Made by a program: the position numbers and the translations under genes. The notes under the pieces were generated by a model. It had not been told where the DNA came from and did no database searches. It saw only the letters and a list, made by a program, of their open reading frames with translations. A stretch of 64,000 nt of DNA from Candidatus Entotheonellaceae bacterium (lineage in GTDB: Bacteria; Tectomicrobia; Entotheonellia; Entotheonellales; Entotheonellaceae): NCBI GenBank assembly GCA_965238075.1, contig OZ250173.1, forward strand, positions 256,001 to 320,000, in the 5' to 3' direction. This document shows positions 58,571 through 64,000 of this stretch, one piece after another. The first letter of the stretch is position 1; each line of letters starts with the position of its first letter.

Positions 58571-59996
58571 ATGCGTCATTGGCTTGGAGGTGCACGCGCA
58601 ACTGCTGACCTACAGCAAACTGTTCTGCTCTTGCGCCACCACCTTTCAGGCCGGCCCGAATGACCAAACCTGCCCGGTTTGCCTCGGCCTGCCCGGTGTG
58701 TTACCTGTGCTCAATCGCCAAGCCGTCGAGTTGACCCTGCGCACCGGTCTCGCCATGCAGGGAACCGTGGCCGCCTTGAACCGTTTTGCGCGCAAAAATT
58801 ATTTTTATCCCGATCTACCAAAGGGGTATCAGATATCGCAGTTCGAAGAGCCGATCATTCAGGGCGGCTGTCTCGACATCGAGGTTGACGGCACGACCCG
58901 GCAGGTTTGCCTGAACCGGATCCACCTCGAAGAAGACGCTGGCAAATCCATTCACGGGGAAAATCTTGCTGACCCTAACAAGAGCTACCTCGACCTGAAC
59001 CGCACCGGCGTGCCGCTGATGGAGATCGTCAGCGCCCCGGACCTGCGATCGCCCGAGGAGGCCAGGGTCTACCTGCAAAAACTCAAGACGGTCCTGGAAT
59101 ATCTCGACGTGTGCGACGGCAACATGGAGGAAGGCAGCCTGCGCTGCGACGCCAACGTCTCCTTGCGGCCGGTGGGCACGGAAACCCTTGGCACTCGCAC
59201 CGAGATCAAGAATCTGAACTCGTTCCGCAACGTCCAACAGGCCATTGCCTACGAGATGGAACGGCAGCGCGACGTGCTGGAGAATGGCGGCAGCGTGGTG
59301 CAGGAAACGCGGTTGTTCGACGCCACGCGTGGCGTCACCCTGCCCATGCGCAGCAAGGAGGAGGCGCACGACTACCGCTACTTCCCGGAGCCCGACCTGG
59401 TGCCGCTGCAAATCGAGCCGGAGTGGATCGAGCGCGTGCGGCAGTCGATCCCCGAACTGCCCGACGCGCGGCGCCAGCGTTTCGTTTCGCAGTACGGCTT
59501 GCCGTCCTACGACGCCGACGTCCTCGTTGCCTCGCGCGCCGTGGCCGATTACTTCGAGGCCACCGTCGAGTTGTTCCCCCACCCCAAGATCGTCAGCAAC
59601 TGGGTCATGGGCGATTTTCTGCGCGAGTTGAATCAGGCCCACCACCGTCCAGACGAAGCCCCCGTCACCCCGACCCACTTGGCCGAATTGCTGCGCCTGA
59701 TCGACGACGGTACCATCAGCGGCAAAATCGCCAAGACAGTGTTCGAGGACATGTACCGCACCGGCAAGGGGGCTGGGGACATCGTCGCCGAGCAAGGGCT
59801 GGTGCAGATGAGCGACAGCGACGCCTTGCGGGAGGTCATCGAACAGGTGCTGGCCGGACACCCCGAACAGGTCGCCGCCTACCGCGCCGGTAAGGAAAAG
59901 CTGCTCGGCTTCTTTGTCGGCCAGACCATGAAAGCGACGCAGGGCAAGGCCAACCCGGCCATGGTCAACACGCTGCTGAGGCAACTGCTGCAGTGA
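58560..59996 (+). CDS. gatB: Asp/Glu-tRNA amidotransferase subunit B
   Basis: [39 protein letters not shown]. Confidence 0.96.
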   Translation: MDYECVIGLEVHAQLLTYSKLFCSCATTFQAGPNDQTCPVCLGLPGVLPVLNRQAVELTLRTGLAMQGTVAALNRFARKNYFYPDLPKGYQISQFEEPIIQGGCLDIEVDGTTRQVCLNRIHLEEDAGKSIHGENLADPNKSYLDLNRTGVPLMEIVSAPDLRSPEEARVYLQKLKTVLEYLDVCDGNMEEGSLRCDANVSLRPVGTETLGTRTEIKNLNSFRNVQQAIAYEMERQRDVLENGGSVVQETRLFDATRGVTLPMRSKEEAHDYRYFPEPDLVPLQIEPEWIERVRQSIPELPDARRQRFVSQYGLPSYDADVLVASRAVADYFEATVELFPHPKIVSNWVMGDFLRELNQAHHRPDEAPVTPTHLAELLRLIDDGTISGKIAKTVFEDMYRTGKGAGDIVAEQGLVQMSDSDALREVIEQVLAGHPEQVAAYRAGKEKLLGFFVGQTMKATQGKANPAMVNTLLRQLLQ

Positions 59997-60035
59997 AGGC
60001 TCCAGGATCAACCCCGGACCACGAGGGACGTGCCC

Positions 60036-62720
60036 ATGTCTGAACGCCCAACCGTTTATCTGGTGGACGGCACTGCATACGTGTACCGCGCCTTCTACGC
60101 CATCCGGCAACAGCTTTCGACGTCTGCCGGCGTGCCGACGAAGGCGGTGTTCGGTTTCAAGAACATGCTGCAAAAGCTGGTTCAGAAAGAGAAACCGCAG
60201 TATCTGGGAGTGGCGTTCGACGAGCGCGGCCCGACATTCAGGCACAAAATGGACCCGAATTACAAAGCCAACCGCCCGCCGATGCCGGACGATCTGGAAG
60301 TACAGATTCCCTACATCCACCGGCTAGTTGAGGCATTCAACATCCCCACCATTCGGCTGCAAGGATACGAGGCGGACGACATTCTGGGCACCTTGGCGCG
60401 GCGCTTCGAGACGCAGGGCTGCGACGTGGTCTTGGTTACCAGCGACAAGGACCTGTGCCAGCTTGTGACCGAGCACACGACGATTCTGGACACCATGAAA
60501 GAACAGCGCTTCGGCGTCGCCGAAGTGAAGGAGCGCTTTGGCATCGAGCCGCAGTACGTAGTCGATTTTCTCGGTCTCATGGGCGACACCTCGGACAACA
60601 TCCCCGGCGTACCGGGAGTCGGCGAAAAAACGGCGCGCCAGTTGTTGGAGGAGTTTGGCAATCTGGACGCCTTGCTGGAACAGGTAGACGCGGTGAAACG
60701 GCCCAAGCTGCGGGAATCGCTGCGCGACAATGCTGAGCTGGCGCGCCAAAGCCGCATGCTGGCAACGATCGACATCGAAACCCCGGTCGACGTCGGCCTG
60801 CCCGCCCTGGCGCTTACCGATCCGAACAACGACGAGTTGACGGCGCTCTACACTGAGTTGGAATTTCACAACGAGTTACAGGCCATCCGTAGCGCGGCAC
60901 CGGCCGCCAAACCGGTGGACAAGGATTACCGCACGATTACCGACCTTGCGGACTTGGATACGGAAATCGACGCCCTGCAACAGGCCGACGGCTTTGCCAT
61001 TGACACCGAAACGACCAGTCAGGACCCCATGCTCGCCGACCTCGTCGGCATTTCGCTGGCCCACCAGCCGCACGCGGGCGTCTACATCCCCCTCCGCCAC
61101 AGCTATATCGGCGCCCCGCCACAGCTTGATGCGGAGCTGGTTCTGGAACGCCTGCGGCCCTTGCTCGAAGACCCTGCGGTGCCCAAATACGGCCAGAACA
61201 TCAAGTACGACATCATCGTCCTGCAACGGCAGGGCATCGCCCTGCGCGGCGTCGCCTGCGATACGATGGTGGCCGGCTACCTGCTCAACCCCTCGCGGCG
61301 CGCCCACAACATGGACGCCCTGGCGCGCGAATATCTGCAATACGAGCCGATCAGCTACGCGGAGGTGGCGGGTAAGGGTGCCAAGCAGGTGACGTTCGAC
61401 CAAGTGGATGTCGAGCGGGCCACCCAATACAGTGCCGAGGACGCCGACGTAACCCTCTTGCTGGCGCAGGAGTTGCAGCCGCGTCTGACGGCCGCCCAAC
61501 TGGACGACCTTTTTGCCGACGTGGAAATGCCGCTGATCGACGTGCTGGTGGCCGTCGAGCGGCGCGGCATGGCTCTGGACAGCGCCTATCTGCGGAAAAT
61601 GTCCATCCAACTTCAGGGCCGCATGGAAACACTGGTGCACGAAATCCACGCGCTGGCCGGCGAGGAGTTCAACGTCAATTCGCCACCGCAGTTGCAGCGC
61701 ATCCTGTTTGAACAATTGAAGCTGCCGCCGGGAAAAAAGACCAAGACCGGCTATTCGACCGATGTGTCAGTGCTGGAGAATCTGGAGATGGAGCACGAGT
61801 TGCCGAAGCGTATCCTGGAATACCGCCATCTCGCCAAGATGAAATCCACATACGTCGACGCCCTGCCACAGCTCCTGCATAGGGAAACTGGACGCCTGCA
61901 TACGTCGTTGAATCAGACCATCGCCGAAACCGGGCGCCTCAGCAGCAGCAACCCCAATCTGCAGAACATCCCGATCCGCACCCGACTGGGGCGAGAGATT
62001 CGCCAAGCTTTCATTGCCGCGCCCGGACACCGCCTGGTGTCGATTGATTACTCGCAGATCGAACTGCGCCTGCTGGCCCACCTCAGCCAGGACCCCGTCC
62101 TCATCGAAGCCTTCCACAGCGGCGAGGACATTCATGCCCGCACCGCGATGGAAGTTTTTGGCGTGGAGTTGGCCGCGGTGGACGACGAAATGCGGCGCAT
62201 GGCAAAGACAGTGAATTTCGGCATCCTCTACGGCTTGAGCCCGTTCGGCCTGGCGCAGCGGCTGCACATTTCAATCGAGGCGGCACGCACCTACATCCAC
62301 AACTATTTCGCTCGCTACCCGCGTGTGAAGCAGTGCCTCGACGCCATCATCGCGCAGGCCCGTGAGCAAGGTTACGTCACCACCCTGCTGCAACGTCGTC
62401 GTTATGTGCCGGACATCTCCAGCTCGAACCGCAATGTCCGTGAGGCGGCGGAACGCACCGCCATCAACATGCCTTTTCAGGGCTCGGCAGCAGACCTGAT
62501 CAAGCTCGCCATGGTGCGTTTGCATCGTCAGATCACCAGCGAAGCCTGGCCGTGCCACATGCTGCTGCAGATTCACGACGAATTGCTGTTCGAGATTCCC
62601 GACGATGCGGTGGCGGACATGGCGCCCCGCATCACGGCGACTATGGAGGGCGTGTGGGATCTGGCGGTGCCGCTGACCGTTGAGGTCGGCCAGGGAAGCA
62701 ATTGGGCCGAAGCCCACTGA
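60036..62720 (+). CDS. polA: DNA polymerase I
   Basis: 5'-3' exonuclease (YEADD, GDTSDNIPG), DTET, TGRLSS..PNLQN, DYSQIELR, K..NFG..YG, QIHDE. Confidence 0.97.
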   Translation: MSERPTVYLVDGTAYVYRAFYAIRQQLSTSAGVPTKAVFGFKNMLQKLVQKEKPQYLGVAFDERGPTFRHKMDPNYKANRPPMPDDLEVQIPYIHRLVEAFNIPTIRLQGYEADDILGTLARRFETQGCDVVLVTSDKDLCQLVTEHTTILDTMKEQRFGVAEVKERFGIEPQYVVDFLGLMGDTSDNIPGVPGVGEKTARQLLEEFGNLDALLEQVDAVKRPKLRESLRDNAELARQSRMLATIDIETPVDVGLPALALTDPNNDELTALYTELEFHNELQAIRSAAPAAKPVDKDYRTITDLADLDTEIDALQQADGFAIDTETTSQDPMLADLVGISLAHQPHAGVYIPLRHSYIGAPPQLDAELVLERLRPLLEDPAVPKYGQNIKYDIIVLQRQGIALRGVACDTMVAGYLLNPSRRAHNMDALAREYLQYEPISYAEVAGKGAKQVTFDQVDVERATQYSAEDADVTLLLAQELQPRLTAAQLDDLFADVEMPLIDVLVAVERRGMALDSAYLRKMSIQLQGRMETLVHEIHALAGEEFNVNSPPQLQRILFEQLKLPPGKKTKTGYSTDVSVLENLEMEHELPKRILEYRHLAKMKSTYVDALPQLLHRETGRLHTSLNQTIAETGRLSSSNPNLQNIPIRTRLGREIRQAFIAAPGHRLVSIDYSQIELRLLAHLSQDPVLIEAFHSGEDIHARTAMEVFGVELAAVDDEMRRMAKTVNFGILYGLSPFGLAQRLHISIEAARTYIHNYFARYPRVKQCLDAIIAQAREQGYVTTLLQRRRYVPDISSSNRNVREAAERTAINMPFQGSAADLIKLAMVRLHRQITSEAWPCHMLLQIHDELLFEIPDDAVADMAPRITATMEGVWDLAVPLTVEVGQGSNWAEAH

Positions 62721-62733
62721 TCGGGTGTTCAGG

Positions 62734-62758
62734 GTGGGGCAGACATTCCTGTCTGCCC
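62734..62758. repeat. GTAG/GTGG-type REP-like palindrome
   Basis: GTG-GGGCAGACA-TTCC-TGTCTGCCC directly after polA. Confidence 0.6.
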
Positions 62759-62851
62759 ATTGGCGGGCGGGTTCGCCCGCCGCGCCGGCTGAAAGCCCGC
62801 GCCACCTGGTGAAATCCACGGCATCGCCCGGATCCCCGCCGGGTTTGCCGC

Positions 62852-62881
62852 TTGACAAGCCGCGAAACGCCGGGTTATCGT
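62852..62881 (+). promoter_or_regulatory. Sigma70 promoter of tRNA-Ala
   Basis: TTGACA-N18-TATCGT. Confidence 0.6.
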
Positions 62882-62906
62882 TACGTCTCTTCTTGGGTAG
62901 GCCAAT

Positions 62907-62979
62907 GGGGCTGTAGCTCAGATGGGAGAGCGCATGACTGGCAGTCATGAAGTCAGGGGTTCGATCCCCCTCAGCTCCA
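62907..62979 (+). tRNA. tRNA-Ala (GGC)
   Basis: GGGGCTGTAGCTCAG...CATGA CT GGC AG TCATG...GGTTCGATCC...AGCTCCA; G3:U70 pair. Confidence 0.95.
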
Positions 62980-63136
62980 TTCCAGCAAGTCCTCCCCCCT
63001 CAGTAAGTCGAATTAGCGAAACGTAATCCGACATTCCTTTGCATTAATCCTCGCGTCCTATGAGATGGACACCTCTATCCCGGCCGAATCATCGTTATCT
63101 GCCGGGGCGGACCCAACCTGCCCCGGCCTTTCAAGT

Positions 63137-64000
63137 TTATGCCCCGTTTGCGACTCGCATCTGGATCGCATCCACCGCTGCCAAGGCCGACAAGGCAGAA
63201 CCCTCCTGCCAGCCGGACAAGGCGGAGGTCAGATCGCCCGCAAAATGGACGGCGCCGTCCGGTTGTTTCAATGCCTCTACCGGAACGTGTCCAAAATCGG
63301 GCCAGCTACCTTTCTGGAAAGGCACCTCGGACCAGGCACGGCTGACCCCGGCCTCCACCTTGTTCCCATACCCAGGGTGGATGCGCTCGCCGGCCATAAT
63401 CGCAGCATCCAGGCGCTGCGATGGGCGCATCTCCGCAAACCCTAAGGCAGACGACTGATCAAAATCGGGAACGCCAAAAATATAGGCCCCCAATATGATG
63501 CCCTTGTCACGATGATAGCCATTTGACGGGTACCAGATCTGCGTAACATCTTCAGGGGTGGTCCAGGAGATGCCGCCATAGATGATATCCTCGTCTTCCC
63601 AAAACCGATACTTGCCCTGGAAAGCTATTTTGACGGCGCTATCGTATGGGATTCCCGCGATCGCGTCCTTTGTTTCCTGTGAGAAGTTGTTGCGGATGTC
63701 CGTCAAAACAGTTGCCGGGATGGTGCAGATTGCATAATCCGCATCAAAAGGCTCCATCATTGTCCCCCGATCACTATAAGCAACGCGCACACCCCCGCCA
63801 GCTTGGTTCGAAATCTGCTCCACGACGCTCCCATAACGAATGAAACGCTCTACTCGCCCTCGCCTCTTGAACGCCTCGACGATCTTGTCCATGCCGCCAA
63901 CGGGTTGAAATAAGGTGGCTTGTTGATCAAGCGAATGGCCCCATCTGACAAATAACCACGGGAGATCAAACCCGAGAACGTCTCCTCGGCTCAAGGGCCT
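63137..64000 (-). CDS. Flavin monoamine/L-amino acid oxidase family protein (5' part beyond the window)
   Basis: FQPVGGMD, DYAICTIP, IYGGISWT, VHFAGD, GWQEGS. Confidence 0.88.
   Translation of the reverse strand, partial: RPLSRGDVLGFDLPWLFVRWGHSLDQQATLFQPVGGMDKIVEAFKRRGRVERFIRYGSVVEQISNQAGGGVRVAYSDRGTMMEPFDADYAICTIPATVLTDIRNNFSQETKDAIAGIPYDSAVKIAFQGKYRFWEDEDIIYGGISWTTPEDVTQIWYPSNGYHRDKGIILGAYIFGVPDFDQSSALGFAEMRPSQRLDAAIMAGERIHPGYGNKVEAGVSRAWSEVPFQKGSWPDFGHVPVEALKQPDGAVHFAGDLTSALSGWQEGSALSALAAVDAIQMRVANGA

Overview
A GC-rich bacterial chromosomal window. Inference: its gene content (two F420-type LLM oxidoreductases, several SDRs, two DinB proteins, ABC transporters, and a pcrA-gatCAB-polA core block) resembles Ca. 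Tectomicrobia/Entotheonella-like heterotrophs, but this is not established. About 1-51.7 kb is a mosaic accessory/metabolic region. It holds GGT, tungstate and sugar ABC transporters, a Fur-boxed imelysin/di-heme pair, a signal-peptide-bearing ATP-dependent DNA ligase, two tandem gene duplications (Na+/solute symporter and M20 amidohydrolase), several decayed genes, and a prpB-carboxyltransferase operon with a restriction-modification pair attached. About 51.7-63 kb is core genome (tRNA-Glu/Lys, ilvE, truncated glmU, pcrA, gatCAB, polA, tRNA-Ala). The most notable observations: (1) a putative endonuclease whose strong SD points to an ATT codon in frame with, and just after, the methyltransferase amber stop; (2) a CGTC-type REP element in frame in the 5' end of the di-heme protein gene; (3) three copies of the prpB 5' end, two of which bracket a 3.8-kb patch of decayed cargo; (4) a 135-bp MITE with terminal inverted repeats and a target-site duplication; (5) a collapsed BsuBI/PstI-type endonuclease. 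No CRISPR array, rRNA, integrase or transposase was seen.
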